Part shown: positions 51,726-62,541 of the stretch, one piece after another
Position numbering within the stretch: the first letter of the stretch is position 1
Layout: each line of letters opens with the position of its first letter
Source of the DNA: Waterburya sp.
GTDB lineage: Bacteria; Cyanobacteriota; Cyanobacteriia; Cyanobacteriales; Coleofasciculaceae
Length of the DNA stretch: 64,000 nucleotides
Reading direction: 5' to 3'
Assembly (NCBI GenBank): GCA_036703055.1
Contig: DATNPV010000303.1
Span: 20,241 to 84,240 of the forward strand
Program-made: the position numbers and the translations under genes
Notes under the pieces: generated by a model
Database searches by the model: none
What the model saw: only the letters and a program-made list of their open reading frames with translations
Told to the model about the DNA's origin: nothing

Positions 51726-52676
51726 TCAAGATGCTTGTTGATGCCCCAGCTTAAGGAAAATTGTTTCCAAATCTTCTTGCGTGCAGTGGAATTCTATGAG
51801 GGGAATACCCGCTTCGATGAGCGATCGCAATAATGTAGCACTATCTTCTGGCGTCCCGGAAAAATTCACCCGCACATTTTGGCTTCCCGGCAATACCTCC
51901 CAATCTTCCACCCAAGGATGATTTTTCAATTCAGCCGTGAGTGCGTCTAAATCCCCCAGCGTAGACATGACGATGTGCTGGCGGGCAAGGCGGCGGTAAA
52001 GTTCCTGCAAAGAGGCACTTTCTACCAAGTAGCCCAGTTCCATAATTCCTACTGAAGAGCAAAGTTCTGCCAAATCACTGAGAACATGTGACGAAATCAG
52101 AATTGTCATCCCAGCTTCTTGCAGAGTTTTAATGATTTCCCGAAATTGCATACGGGCAATCGGATCTAAACCGGAAACAGGCTCATCTAGGAGCAGTAAA
52201 ATCGGTTCGTGAATAATCGTTCTAGCTAGACTCAGGCGTTGCTTCATCCCCCGTGACAGGGTGGAAATCAGACTATTGCGCTTATTCGTCAACTGCACCA
52301 GTTCCAAAACTTCGCGCAGCCGTTGGGTGCGTAGAGGTTCTCGTAAGCGATACAGCCGCGCAAAATAGTCGAGGTAGTCCCAAACGGTGAGGTCATCGTA
52401 TAGGGGATAATCATCGGGAAGATAACCCAGTCGCCGCTTTAGGGTGGGGTTGCTGTGGTCGCGCAGTAAGCGATCGCCGTTAATATAAATTTCCCCTGTA
52501 GTTGGTTCCTCTGCCGCCGCTAACATCCGAATTAGGGTCGTTTTCCCTGCGCCATTTGGCCCAATTAGTCCGTAAACTTCACCCGACTCAACTTGTAAAT
52601 CCACATCATTGACAGCAATGTGGCGGTCAAATTGCTTGGTCAGTCCACAGGTAGAAATTGCTAGTTCCTTGCTCAT
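51726..52676 (-). CDS. ABC transporter ATP-binding protein
   Basis: Walker A (GPNGAGKTT), signature (LSRGMKQRLSLA), Walker B (LLLLDEP). Confidence 0.92.
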   Translation of the reverse strand: MSKELAISTCGLTKQFDRHIAVNDVDLQVESGEVYGLIGPNGAGKTTLIRMLAAAEEPTTGEIYINGDRLLRDHSNPTLKRRLGYLPDDYPLYDDLTVWDYLDYFARLYRLREPLRTQRLREVLELVQLTNKRNSLISTLSRGMKQRLSLARTIIHEPILLLLDEPVSGLDPIARMQFREIIKTLQEAGMTILISSHVLSDLAELCSSVGIMELGYLVESASLQELYRRLARQHIVMSTLGDLDALTAELKNHPWVEDWEVLPGSQNVRVNFSGTPEDSATLLRSLIEAGIPLIEFHCTQEDLETIFLKLGHQQAS

Positions 52677-52804
52677 AATGCTGGGTCTTCTCTCAAATCT
52701 TGGACTACACTAACAAAGCGCTAATTCCGGAACGTTAAGCTTTACTCGTTTGATTGGTATATATCTCTAACCTAGTTGAACTTATTTATGCCGCAACTCT
52801 ACTC

Positions 52805-52830
52805 GTAGGGTGCGTTGCAACGCACCCTAC
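52805..52830. repeat. REP-like palindrome GTAGGGTGCGT-TGCA-ACGCACCCTAC (copy 3 of 3)
   Basis: Between the adenylate cyclase stop and the ABC ATPase start. Confidence 0.5.
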
Positions 52831-52862
52831 AACTTCATCCTTCATCCTTTAGTTGATTTTTT

Positions 52863-55208
52863 CTATCCCTCTTTTCTACCGATGAGGAAGTAAGTGGTCA
52901 TCTCCCCTTTGCCTTTTACTAGGATTGCACCCCGTTTCTCAAACAAGTATTTATGGCGCAAGCGTTCGTAGGTGGCAGCGGTGACCTGAATTTGTCCTGG
53001 TATACCGTGTGATTCCATGCGACTAGCGATATTCACGGTGTCGCCCCATAAGTCGTAACTAAACTTTTTGAGACCAATTACTCCAGCAACCACAGGACCA
53101 GTATTAATTCCCGTGCGAATATTAAACCCTCGCCCTGTTTTATCGCGGAAATCGGTAATGGCTGCTTGCACATCAAGAGCCATTTCTGCGATCGCTTCTG
53201 CATGATCGTCTCGTCTTGTCGGCAATCCTCCAACCACCATATAAGCATCGCCAATGGTCTTAATTTTCTCTAGGCCATGTTGTTCGCACAATCGGTCGAA
53301 TGCAGAGAAAATGTGGTTGAGTAAGTTGACCAATTCAATCGGATGAAGGGAGGAGGCTAGCTGAGTAAAGCCCACGATATCTGCAAACATCACGCTGACT
53401 TCGGCAAAGTCTTCCGCAATGGTACTCGTCTCCTGAGTTTCCTGCTTCAGCCGCTCTGCAATGGGTTGGGGCAAGATATTAAGTAACAGGCTTTCCGTTT
53501 TTTGCTGTTGCTGGCGTAAGGCTTCTTCTGCTTCTAAACGCTTGGTAATGTCTCGAAAAATAGCACGAATGGCGACCGGTTGACCCTCAATAAACTTACA
53601 ATTCGCATTGCCTTCAACGGAAATTTTTTGACCCTCATGGCTAATAAATACCGCTGTCACTTGGTCAATCTTTTCTCCAGCTATTAACCGCGAGAAAATT
53701 CCCCGAAAATAGGCTTTGTAATCAGGGTGAACAATATCAAACACGCTCATATTTCGCACTTGGGATGCACTATATCCCAACGTTTCTCGCCAAGCTCGAT
53801 TGACATAAATAAAGCGACCCTCGATGGCACAGGATTGAATTAAATCCGTTGCATTTTCAAATAAATCTCGATATCGTTCTTCACTCTCCGCCAGTGCTGC
53901 CTCAGCTTGTTTGCGTTTGATAAACTGGCCTAGTTGACTACCAAGCCCAACCATCACTTGCAGCAAGTATTCATCGGGAGGCTGTTTCTCCCGAGTTAAG
54001 AATGTCATCACGCCCAGCACTTCAGCGTCACTTTGAATGGGAACTCCAAATGCCCCATGCAGTCCTGCTTTAGCGGCTTGCTCATAGCGCAGGAAGTGGC
54101 TATCCTCGCTCACATCTGTAATCCAGTAACCAAAACGAGTCGCCCAAACATGACCTGCCAATCCAACCCCCGGTGCTAGGGGCGTTTGGCGGCTTATCGC
54201 GATAAACTCGGAGAGGGCAATGGAGGGTCTGGCCCAAGTTTCTACACACCGCAGTAAGCGATTGGCAGCAACCTCATGCGGCGAGTCAGGTGTCCAGAAT
54301 TCTCCTAAGTCCCATCTCAGGGTTTCCCCAATCTCTTTCAAGATTTTAGGGATTGCCTCGCTCGGCGTAGCCGACTCTGACATGATGCGAGTTGTTGCAT
54401 ACTGCACCGCTAGACGCTTTTGAGCTCGTTGACGCTCGGTGATATCCCGACCAATATAGATATAATTTTGTATGCTATCTCCCTCTGCTTGAATCGCTGA
54501 GCAGGAAAACCCGACTATCAGCTTTTCTCCAGTTTTCGTTTGACAAATCACTTCAATATGATTCAATCCTTCCTGAAATAAAAGCGGTGGCTGAGTAGCA
54601 GCGAGTAATACTCGATCTTCACGAGTAATCAGTGAGATGGGCTGACCTACCAATTCGTCTTCGCTATAAGCAAATAAATTTTGGGTTGCTCGATTTACGG
54701 TTTTGATAATTCCCGATGGCGTGGTTACGATTAAAGCATCCGCCATTGAAGTTATAATTTTTTCAATATACGCATTGGAAGCCGCTAATGCACTTAATAA
54801 TAAACTCTTTTCATTGGATGATTGCACTAAGTTCTGCTCTAAAATCATCCTTTCAGTGACTTCTTCAAAAAAGATAATTAAGGGTTGATTTAAGCTTTCA
54901 TCATATTGGTTATTAATTATATTTACATCGACATAAATCGGAGTTCCTTGAGGAGAAGAACGAGCCACTCCTTGAATTTCAAAACTTTCTTCTCGTCCTT
55001 CAATAATATTAATTAAGGTATCTTCAAGCCCAAACAGTTCAGGAAAGCCCAGACGTACATCTTTGCCTTGCGTAACGTCATCCGGAAATTCAGCGAACCG
55101 TTGCACGTTCTGGGAAGTTTCTCGAATATTCAAGTCCTGATCAACAGTTAAGTATTCCTTACGCCGTATGGTTAAAACAGACAGTAGTTTATTTAAAAGG
55201 GAACTCAT
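52863..55208 (-). CDS. class III adenylate/guanylate cyclase with N-terminal PAS-GAF-PAS sensor domains
   Basis: C-terminal CYCc (FADIVGFT...GDAYMVVGG...GINTGPVVAGVIG...WGDTVNIASRMES). Upstream PAS (ERYRDLFENATDLI) and GAF regions. Start taken at MSSLLNKLL. Confidence 0.9.
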   Translation of the reverse strand: MSSLLNKLLSVLTIRRKEYLTVDQDLNIRETSQNVQRFAEFPDDVTQGKDVRLGFPELFGLEDTLINIIEGREESFEIQGVARSSPQGTPIYVDVNIINNQYDESLNQPLIIFFEEVTERMILEQNLVQSSNEKSLLLSALAASNAYIEKIITSMADALIVTTPSGIIKTVNRATQNLFAYSEDELVGQPISLITREDRVLLAATQPPLLFQEGLNHIEVICQTKTGEKLIVGFSCSAIQAEGDSIQNYIYIGRDITERQRAQKRLAVQYATTRIMSESATPSEAIPKILKEIGETLRWDLGEFWTPDSPHEVAANRLLRCVETWARPSIALSEFIAISRQTPLAPGVGLAGHVWATRFGYWITDVSEDSHFLRYEQAAKAGLHGAFGVPIQSDAEVLGVMTFLTREKQPPDEYLLQVMVGLGSQLGQFIKRKQAEAALAESEERYRDLFENATDLIQSCAIEGRFIYVNRAWRETLGYSASQVRNMSVFDIVHPDYKAYFRGIFSRLIAGEKIDQVTAVFISHEGQKISVEGNANCKFIEGQPVAIRAIFRDITKRLEAEEALRQQQQKTESLLLNILPQPIAERLKQETQETSTIAEDFAEVSVMFADIVGFTQLASSLHPIELVNLLNHIFSAFDRLCEQHGLEKIKTIGDAYMVVGGLPTRRDDHAEAIAEMALDVQAAITDFRDKTGRGFNIRTGINTGPVVAGVIGLKKFSYDLWGDTVNIASRMESHGIPGQIQVTAATYERLRHKYLFEKRGAILVKGKGEMTTYFLIGRKEG

Positions 55209-55534
55209 CTGGCATTCAGGTAGAAATTCAGCTCTATTAACTTTGCAACACATCCTCTAGAGCATCGATTCAGCAATCCTAGAACGAGAATGGGTTGACC
55301 CATCCGCGCCCTTCAACGCGAGAGTCACGCTAGTTTTCAGGCAATTCCTAGACTATTAGCATTAAATTAGAAGTTGAAAACTATTTTCTTTTCTAAAAGA
55401 TGCTAAGTAGTATTAGTCTAGTCTACTTCTTGTATAAGAAGCTATTGATGAGCCATCAAGAATCATGCAATCGGCTTGCTGTTGGGCTGTAGATCGGGTG
55501 AGCAAGCCGATATAGTTATGGTTCTTGAGATAGA

Positions 55535-56230
55535 TTAAATACTCCCATAAACGGGGACGGCGACACCTCGCATATCTTTTGCCGCTTCCGACGCGAGGAA
55601 ACAGATCACTTGTGCTAAGGATTCGGGTTTGACCCATTTATCTGCTTGTGTGCTTCCCATGGCAGCACGATTGGCAGGGGTATCAATGATACTTGGTAAA
55701 ACAGTGTTCGCAGTAATGTTAGTTCCTTTGGTCTCATCTGCGATCGCTTGGGTGAGCGCGACTACCCCTGCCTTGGATGCACAGTAAGCGGCAAGTTGTC
55801 CTCCCGGTTGCACAGCGCCTCTTGACCCTACGGTGACAATGCGTCCGTAGTCATGTTGTAGCATTTTCCTTAAGCTGTGCTTGCAGAGTAAAAAGGTCGT
55901 ATTCAGGTTTAAATCAAAATCTCTTTTCCATTGTTCAAAGCTGTATTCGTGGGTTTTGCCCATGGAAAAGCCGCCAACCAAATGAATTAAAATATCCACC
56001 CGTTCCATATCATCGACAAGGCGTTCTACAGCTTGCTCGTTGCTGATGTCAACGGATACGAAGCGAACTTTAGCAAAATCAGTGGGTGAAAGAATTCCCT
56101 GAAGACGTTCTACCTCTGATTCAACGATATAAGGAATGGTAACTTGTGCACCTTGGGCGAGAAGGGCTGGGGTAACACCCATCCCTAAGCCCCCCGTACC
56201 GCCAGTCAATAAAACTTGCTTGCCTTTCAT
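55535..56230 (-). CDS. short-chain dehydrogenase/reductase (SDR)
   Basis: TGGTGGLG cofactor motif, catalytic YxxxK (YCASKAG). Confidence 0.9.
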   Translation of the reverse strand: MKGKQVLLTGGTGGLGMGVTPALLAQGAQVTIPYIVESEVERLQGILSPTDFAKVRFVSVDISNEQAVERLVDDMERVDILIHLVGGFSMGKTHEYSFEQWKRDFDLNLNTTFLLCKHSLRKMLQHDYGRIVTVGSRGAVQPGGQLAAYCASKAGVVALTQAIADETKGTNITANTVLPSIIDTPANRAAMGSTQADKWVKPESLAQVICFLASEAAKDMRGVAVPVYGSI

Positions 56231-56498
56231 GCTCTTGGACTCTAGTTGCATACCTTTCTCAACATACCGCGATCGGCGTCAGGCATCTAAGCTAGTTGCA
56301 TTTTTAGCATCTATCAAAAGAAATAAATTTTCTTTTTTTTACGACGCTATTTCCAGCAGTCTTTAAAATACTTGCAACTGAACATCTAAAGATACACAGA
56401 TAATGACAAGCAAAAAGCGTAGCAACAGCATCTCCCGCCGTCATTGAATGCATCTGGCAGATGCAGGAGTACTGACAGCAGGACTACAAAAACGACTC

Positions 56499-57182
56499 CT
56501 ACGCACTCGCTTGATTCAGTTCCTGCCAGCGCTGATACCACATTAGGGTAATGGCTCCAACCACGTCTGGCAAATCTGCAAATTCTTGACTTTGCTGTTT
56601 CATCTCCGGGGCTAAACGCTCCAAAGAATCGCAATCTCGGCAATAGCGCAACACGTTCCGCCAACTTTCCTGCCATTCTTTACCCGCCTGCTGATGTGCA
56701 CGAATGGGTCTGAGGCGTTCCTCCTCCGCAGCGCGACGAGCTTCTAATTCCCGGAGTTGTTGAGCTTGTTTTGCCCAGGCAATACGCCACTGCTGTACAG
56801 CTTCTGGCTCGTAGTGCTCGTGATATTGCTGGGTTTCGGTGCGAAAAATGTCTCCCAACTGATTCAGACGATAGCGATCGCCACAATTTGCGATCGCCGC
56901 AAATCCCTGTTCAATCCAAAGCGGCAAGCTGCGATAACTCACGAACTTGACAGGACCATCAAGGATTTTCACCCAGATTTGGTGAGGCCAGCACTCCAAG
57001 CACTCAATCTGCTGTGGGGAAATCTTTAGTACAGCAGCGACTTCAATTTGCACTTGGTCTGATGGTAATTGGGCAGGGTCAATGACCCCAGCGGTAATTA
57101 AATTCTGGGACATAGAGAATGAATCGTTGTATTTTGGGCATATGGCAACCCAAAAGCATAGCCACCCCGTCTTTGCTGCCAT
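56499..57182 (-). CDS. hypothetical protein (start possibly at Met 57113)
   Basis: ORF; Trp/Gln-rich; no motif recognised. Confidence 0.45.
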   Translation of the reverse strand: MAAKTGWLCFWVAICPKYNDSFSMSQNLITAGVIDPAQLPSDQVQIEVAAVLKISPQQIECLECWPHQIWVKILDGPVKFVSYRSLPLWIEQGFAAIANCGDRYRLNQLGDIFRTETQQYHEHYEPEAVQQWRIAWAKQAQQLRELEARRAAEEERLRPIRAHQQAGKEWQESWRNVLRYCRDCDSLERLAPEMKQQSQEFADLPDVVGAITLMWYQRWQELNQASA

Positions 57183-57525
57183 AAAAAGCTGAGGTGGCTA
57201 GAGTGTTACCATTGCTTCGACACTCCAGACTGGCTGTTTTAGCTTGGGGGTTAGCCGCTCCGAAGCTGGTGCTAACAGCTTTTGGGTGGCGCAAAAATTT
57301 TTAGGTGTGATTACTGGGTTGTTAGCGTCAGTTAAAGAACAAACAATAGATTAGCAGCTGACATGCATTCGCTCAAGCGTGAAGCCCTGTTCACAATTTA
57401 TGATATAATTGCTTGACGCAAAAATTATTCATTATCTTCCCTCTCAGCAGGAAGGCAAGAGGCATTAAATATTTTGCGATTAGCTCCCCCGTCATTTATG
57501 CGAGTGAGGAGAAATCAAAAGCTTT

Positions 57526-58194
57526 TCATCGCGCCACTTCCAAGCGGCGCAAACCACCGATGTTCTGACAAGAAAACGTTGCTTTGTTGTCAGGGTAACG
57601 GTGAATTAACTCAATGATTTGCCCGACCGAGTTTCGCCACGACCACTGGCATAACGAGTCGCTCTCCAAAGGAGTCTCAGACAATGGCTGAAAGCCTTTT
57701 TTCTGCCATTGTAAAGCTGCCCTATGGATATCCTCAACACGAATCGCAACATGATGGACACCCTTTCTTCCCCTCGCGTGTAGGAAGCGGTCAAGTTGAT
57801 CGCCAGATAGGTGAGGTGAGGCTAAAACCACTAGCCCCCCGGTTGGCATCAACATGGTTAGTAAATAAAAACACAAATCTTCAGCCATGGTGTAGGTATC
57901 GGGACAAAAATCTAACGGAAAAAGTCCTGGCCCCTCAACCATTTGGGCACTATAGCCCCGCAATACTTCAGCGTAATTTTCAAGAGCGGAAAGATGAGGA
58001 AACAGCAGGACAAAATGATCAACCTGCACTTGTTCGCCGTATAAATTAGTCACAAAAGACCAGTTAGCCAAGAACTCAGGTTGAGTTAAGCCTTCTCTAA
58101 ACTCTAGCAAGCCATTTTTTTCGCAGAATGGAGACTCTAAGGTAGAGCTCAACTCTTGATTCAATTTTTGGGTTGAACGATGTGATTTCTTCAT
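57526..58194 (-). CDS. VOC-family (glyoxalase/bleomycin-resistance/dioxygenase fold) protein
   Basis: GVHHVAIRVEDIHRA-type VOC beta-alpha-beta-beta-beta module. Confidence 0.55.
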   Translation of the reverse strand: MKKSHRSTQKLNQELSSTLESPFCEKNGLLEFREGLTQPEFLANWSFVTNLYGEQVQVDHFVLLFPHLSALENYAEVLRGYSAQMVEGPGLFPLDFCPDTYTMAEDLCFYLLTMLMPTGGLVVLASPHLSGDQLDRFLHARGRKGVHHVAIRVEDIHRAALQWQKKGFQPLSETPLESDSLCQWSWRNSVGQIIELIHRYPDNKATFSCQNIGGLRRLEVAR

Positions 58195-58433
58195 AGGGCT
58201 ACTCCCCTATTGGTTTCATGGTTATCTTGGTAAATAATTGTTGAAATTTGTTTCCTTTAAAATAAGATGAGTGGTCATTCTTACCTAAGCCCAAAATCAT
58301 GAAGTAGCACTCAGGAATACTGCAAAAACTTCTTCGATTAGGGTGGGCATAGCCCACCCCTGTTGTTAATTTTTCAGGCGAATGATACCGAATTTTTGAG
58401 CATCCCTAAACACAATTGAATTTCTTAAAAAAG

Positions 58434-59237
58434 CTATTCAAGTAAGTCAGGCTGTTGCCGCACAATCATGTCGTAAAGCGGTTGAAAACTAAACCATCCG
58501 ATGTGGTGTGACCCAACTTGGCGCTGAGTCAGATGTGCCTGGTTGGAGTCAATGGGGATAGGCTTACCTGCTGCCTCTGCCATTAGCTGCGCCTGACAGG
58601 AACGATCCATCGTGATAAACCACCAAGCGGCTTCATCGACCGTATGGCCGACTGTCAGTAGTCCATGATTGCGTAAAATTAAGGCTTTTTTATCACCCAA
58701 GGCTTTGGCAATGCGCTCGCCCTCCTCAAGTCTGAGAACTACACCTGTATAGTCATCAAACAGAGCATGGTCTTCATAGAAACTACAAGCATCTTGGGTC
58801 AGAGGGTCGAGGAGACGACCCAGGCTTGACCAGCTTTTGCCATACGTCGAATGAGCATGGGCTGCGGCTACAACATCGGGACGGGCAGCATGAATTCGGG
58901 AATGAATGGCAAATGCAGCTTCGTTAACCGGTTTGTTGCCCTCAACCACCTCACCTTTATGATTGACTAAAATCAAGTCACTGACTCGGATGAGACCAAA
59001 GTACATACCAAAGGAGTTGACCCAGAAGTGATCGAGGTGTTCGGGGTCACGGACGGTAATGTGACCCGCAACTCCCTCATCAAATCCGAAGCGAGCAAAC
59101 AGGCGGAATGCTGCGGCTAGGCGCTGTTTGCGGTGGAGGCGTTCTTCTGTAATAGAAGCAAATGTTGGAGGTTGGGGAATTCTGGGAACGTCTAATGCCT
59201 GCATCGATTTTAGTCTCCCTGAATAGGTTGTTGTCAA
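58434..59237 (-). CDS. class II aldolase/adducin-domain protein
   Basis: HAHS metal-ligand motif, ILRNHGLLTVGHTVDEA. Confidence 0.85.
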   Translation of the reverse strand: MTTTYSGRLKSMQALDVPRIPQPPTFASITEERLHRKQRLAAAFRLFARFGFDEGVAGHITVRDPEHLDHFWVNSFGMYFGLIRVSDLILVNHKGEVVEGNKPVNEAAFAIHSRIHAARPDVVAAAHAHSTYGKSWSSLGRLLDPLTQDACSFYEDHALFDDYTGVVLRLEEGERIAKALGDKKALILRNHGLLTVGHTVDEAAWWFITMDRSCQAQLMAEAAGKPIPIDSNQAHLTQRQVGSHHIGWFSFQPLYDMIVRQQPDLLE

Positions 59238-60025
59238 AGGCTGTTGTATTTGTAACTCTGAATTTTTATCTTTTCAAGAAACAGGAATCAGACAGCGATC
59301 GCGGCTGCCAACTCTTTGGGATTGGATTTTGAAGTTTCTTAGGTCAGAGAGCCGCTTTTCCTCAAGCCGCTGGGGAGAATTTTGAATCTTCAGATGAATT
59401 CATTCCTAACTAAGTAGGTAGGCACAAATAAACGAAAGCCTGTAAATGCTAATAAACTAAAATCCTCTTCCCTTCTCCCTCTGCCCTCTGCCTTGCCTCA
59501 ACGACAAATATCGCAATCCTAAATGATTCATAAGAATCTCCTTCTCTCCCCTCTGTGCGCTCTCTGCCTGGAGTGGTTTGTTAAAAGAAAACCAATCATC
59601 ACAAATGATTTAGGATTGCTATATTAATGCCAACCTACTTAGAAAGCCCTTGGTATCTCAGCAATAACTATTAGTTTTGATGGATTTAGCAACTTTCTAA
59701 AGAAGCTTGAGTGCGTTTGCTGAACGTAAGTTAATCCTAAGAAATTTATCTGGCAAACGCGGCTTGAGTGTAGAAGAAATTTTTATCTCATTTTTCTCCT
59801 ATTGTAAACTAGTTTTTGCCAGTGAGTTCTAACTATGTGTTAAATAAAATGAATTAAACTAAGTAGGAAGGCACAATTAAACGAAAACATATAGACACTC
59901 GCAGATACTGTTGGGGTTTGATTGGGGCTAACCGTTGAGGTGGACTGGGCATAAGCTATATTGGGCACTCCCAAGGAAAAGCTAGTAATTGCCAAGCATT
60001 GCGTTAGGCTGATTATCAAAATTTC

Positions 60026-60139
60026 ATACCATTTCTCCGTAATAATGTACTTAATTCATTACCCCCTGTAGACCCCCTTAATAAGGGGGGCGGCGACAGC
60101 CGGGGGTTCATAAAATGCACCTTCATAGAGAATTGGTAT
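60026..60139. mobile_element. MITE-like element copy C (diverged; retains CCCCCTTAATAAGGGGGG hairpin and right end GAATTGGTAT)
   Basis: Partial similarity to copies A and B; left end degenerate. Confidence 0.35.
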
Positions 60140-60452
60140 CAGTTAAACGCGAGGAAAAAAATAGGCGCTTTAATCGGTGTTGCATTACCATCCTGATTAA
60201 TCTCGAATTTCTATAAAATTATGTCTTGATTGTCCGCTGTCGGGAGTACCCAAAAATCAGCGATCGCAGCCAGAACCTTCAACAGGAAATGACACGGGGG
60301 CGTACAGCGCAATGTCTTCCCAGAGACGCGACGAGGGGAAACACCAACCCCCAGCAAGCGGTCACAGCCTAACCCAATGGTGGAAACCTCTTGTGTCACC
60401 CAAAGGTCTGTGTAGAAAGGATGAAAGCTGATAGCCTTAATCAAAGTAAATA

Positions 60453-62195
60453 TTGTTCTGGACTGGTAGATTGAAAACGCGATCAAATTACTGGCAACTG
60501 CTACCTTATATCCGCCCTCAGTGGAAAACTATCGCTCAAGCATTTGCCTGTACCTTAGGCGTCACCGTGTTTTGGCCCATACAAGCCGCACTGGCAGGTC
60601 AGCTTGTCAGTTTAATTGGACAGGGTAATATGGTCGGGCTTGCCCGGTTAGCTGGATTCCTTGTCCTAGTTTTCCTCGTCCAGAAAATCTTAATGTATGG
60701 TCAAGACTCCCTGATGGCGAAAGCTGCCCTGTTTGTGGCTTTAAATTTACGCAAGCAGGTGTATGCCCATCTCCAGCGTCTCAATCTTGGCTTTTTTGAA
60801 ACAGCTCAAACCGGTGACTTATCATACCGCCTCACCGAAGACATCGATCGCATAGGGGAAGTGGTCAATAAAATCTTTCATGACTTCACTCCCTGTGTGT
60901 TGCAGCTGTTTGTGGTGCTGGGCTACATGATTTATCTCAACTGGCAGCTGACTCTGGCTACATTCATCGTTGCCCCGTTGATGGGGATTTTGATTGGCTG
61001 GTTTGGCGAACAAATGTTGAAGTTTTCCCGCCGTAGTCAAAATCGCATCTCCAATTTAGCGGCGTTGCTCACAGAAGTCTTCAGTGGAATTCGCCTTGTG
61101 CAAGCGTTCGCGGCTGAGGAATTTGAAAATGAACGCTTTGCGATCGAAGCAGAACACAATCGTCAAGCCAAGTATGCAACGGAACGGCTCAAGGCTATTC
61201 AGAACCCAGTTGTGGGATTTATGTATGCTATGAGCGTGTTGCTGCTCTTTCTCTTAGGTGGCTGGCAAATTTCTCAGGGCAATTTGACAGGGACACAATT
61301 TGCCACCTTTGTTGCAGCCGCATTGCTCCTGATTGACCCAATCGCCCATGTTACCAGTAATTACAACGAGTTCCGACAGGGTGAAGCGTCCGTTGACCGA
61401 ATCTTTGAACTGATGGCAATTCAGCCGACAGTGGTGGAAAAACCAGGCGCAGCTGACTTACCGCCCGTCACCGGTAAAGTGGAATATTGCCAGGTGTCAT
61501 TTGCTTACAAACCCGGTGAACCCGTGCTGCAAAGCCTGAGTTTCCTAGTACTACCTGGAGAGATGATTGCTCTGGTTGGGCCGTCGGGTGCTGGAAAAAC
61601 TACGTTGGTGAACCTTCTCCCCCGCTTTTATGACCCTCAATCGGGGCAAATTTTAATTGATGGGGTTGATATTCAGGATGTGACGCTGCCAAGTCTACGA
61701 CGGCAAATTGGCATTGTGCCGCAGGAAACTATACTGTTTTCTGGCACGATCGCGCAGAATATCGCTTTTGGTCAGAAAGATTTCGACCTTAAAGATGTTC
61801 AGGCGGCAGCAGAGATTGCCAATGCCCACCAGTTCATTTCCCAATTTTCTCAGGGATATCACACTTGGGTTGGCGAACGAGGTGTTAATTTATCGGGGGG
61901 TCAACGACAACGAATTGCGATCGCGCGTGCTGTCCTCCTCAACCCCAGCATCCTCATCCTCGACGAAGCAACCTCTGCCCTCGATTCAGAATCCGAAGCT
62001 TTGGTACAAGAGGCGCTAGAGCGAATTATGAAAGATCGCACCGTTTTTATCATTGCTCACCGACTGGCAACGGTACGTCGCGCTAATCGCATTCTCGTTT
62101 TGGAACAAGGGCAAATTGTCGAATCAGGTACTCACGAGGCACTGTTAGACAAAGGCGGTCGTTATGCTCGATTCTATGCTCAGCAGTTTAGTTAG
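60453..62195 (+). CDS. ABC exporter, fused permease-ATPase (MsbA/ABCB type; no peptidase domain)
   Basis: 6 TM, then Walker A (GPSGAGKTT), LSGGQRQRIAIARA, ILILDEATSALD. Confidence 0.9.
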   Translation: MFWTGRLKTRSNYWQLLPYIRPQWKTIAQAFACTLGVTVFWPIQAALAGQLVSLIGQGNMVGLARLAGFLVLVFLVQKILMYGQDSLMAKAALFVALNLRKQVYAHLQRLNLGFFETAQTGDLSYRLTEDIDRIGEVVNKIFHDFTPCVLQLFVVLGYMIYLNWQLTLATFIVAPLMGILIGWFGEQMLKFSRRSQNRISNLAALLTEVFSGIRLVQAFAAEEFENERFAIEAEHNRQAKYATERLKAIQNPVVGFMYAMSVLLLFLLGGWQISQGNLTGTQFATFVAAALLLIDPIAHVTSNYNEFRQGEASVDRIFELMAIQPTVVEKPGAADLPPVTGKVEYCQVSFAYKPGEPVLQSLSFLVLPGEMIALVGPSGAGKTTLVNLLPRFYDPQSGQILIDGVDIQDVTLPSLRRQIGIVPQETILFSGTIAQNIAFGQKDFDLKDVQAAAEIANAHQFISQFSQGYHTWVGERGVNLSGGQRQRIAIARAVLLNPSILILDEATSALDSESEALVQEALERIMKDRTVFIIAHRLATVRRANRILVLEQGQIVESGTHEALLDKGGRYARFYAQQFS

Positions 62196-62541
62196 GGCTG
62201 CAAACGTTAAAAGATAAAAGCCAAGAAGAAAAACTTTCATCGTTGGCTGTGTGCGTAGCTCATGGCGAGTTTTGCACGGTTCTCAATCATCGTAAGGTGG
62301 GCACTGCACGCCGACGCTAAGATGAGGGTTTTAAGTTCTGGTCAGCAGCGTCCACCTTACAGGCGAAACTCCTAATTTATAAAGAAAGATGTATCAAACC
62401 TGAGCAAATACTTTCGATATCAATTCTATTTGTAAAAGATTGAAATTCTTTAGTCGGGAACTATTTATCCAAACTTCATATCAAATAGATTGCCTTAGTT
62501 TTTGCATAAGGTAGATTTCCACTACAACTGCATACGGTTTT

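Noticed and set aside
60211-60486. 91-aa - strand ORF upstream of the ABC exporter
   Set aside because: It overlaps the exporter start region, has no RBS or motif support, and partly overlaps MITE-like copy C sequence.
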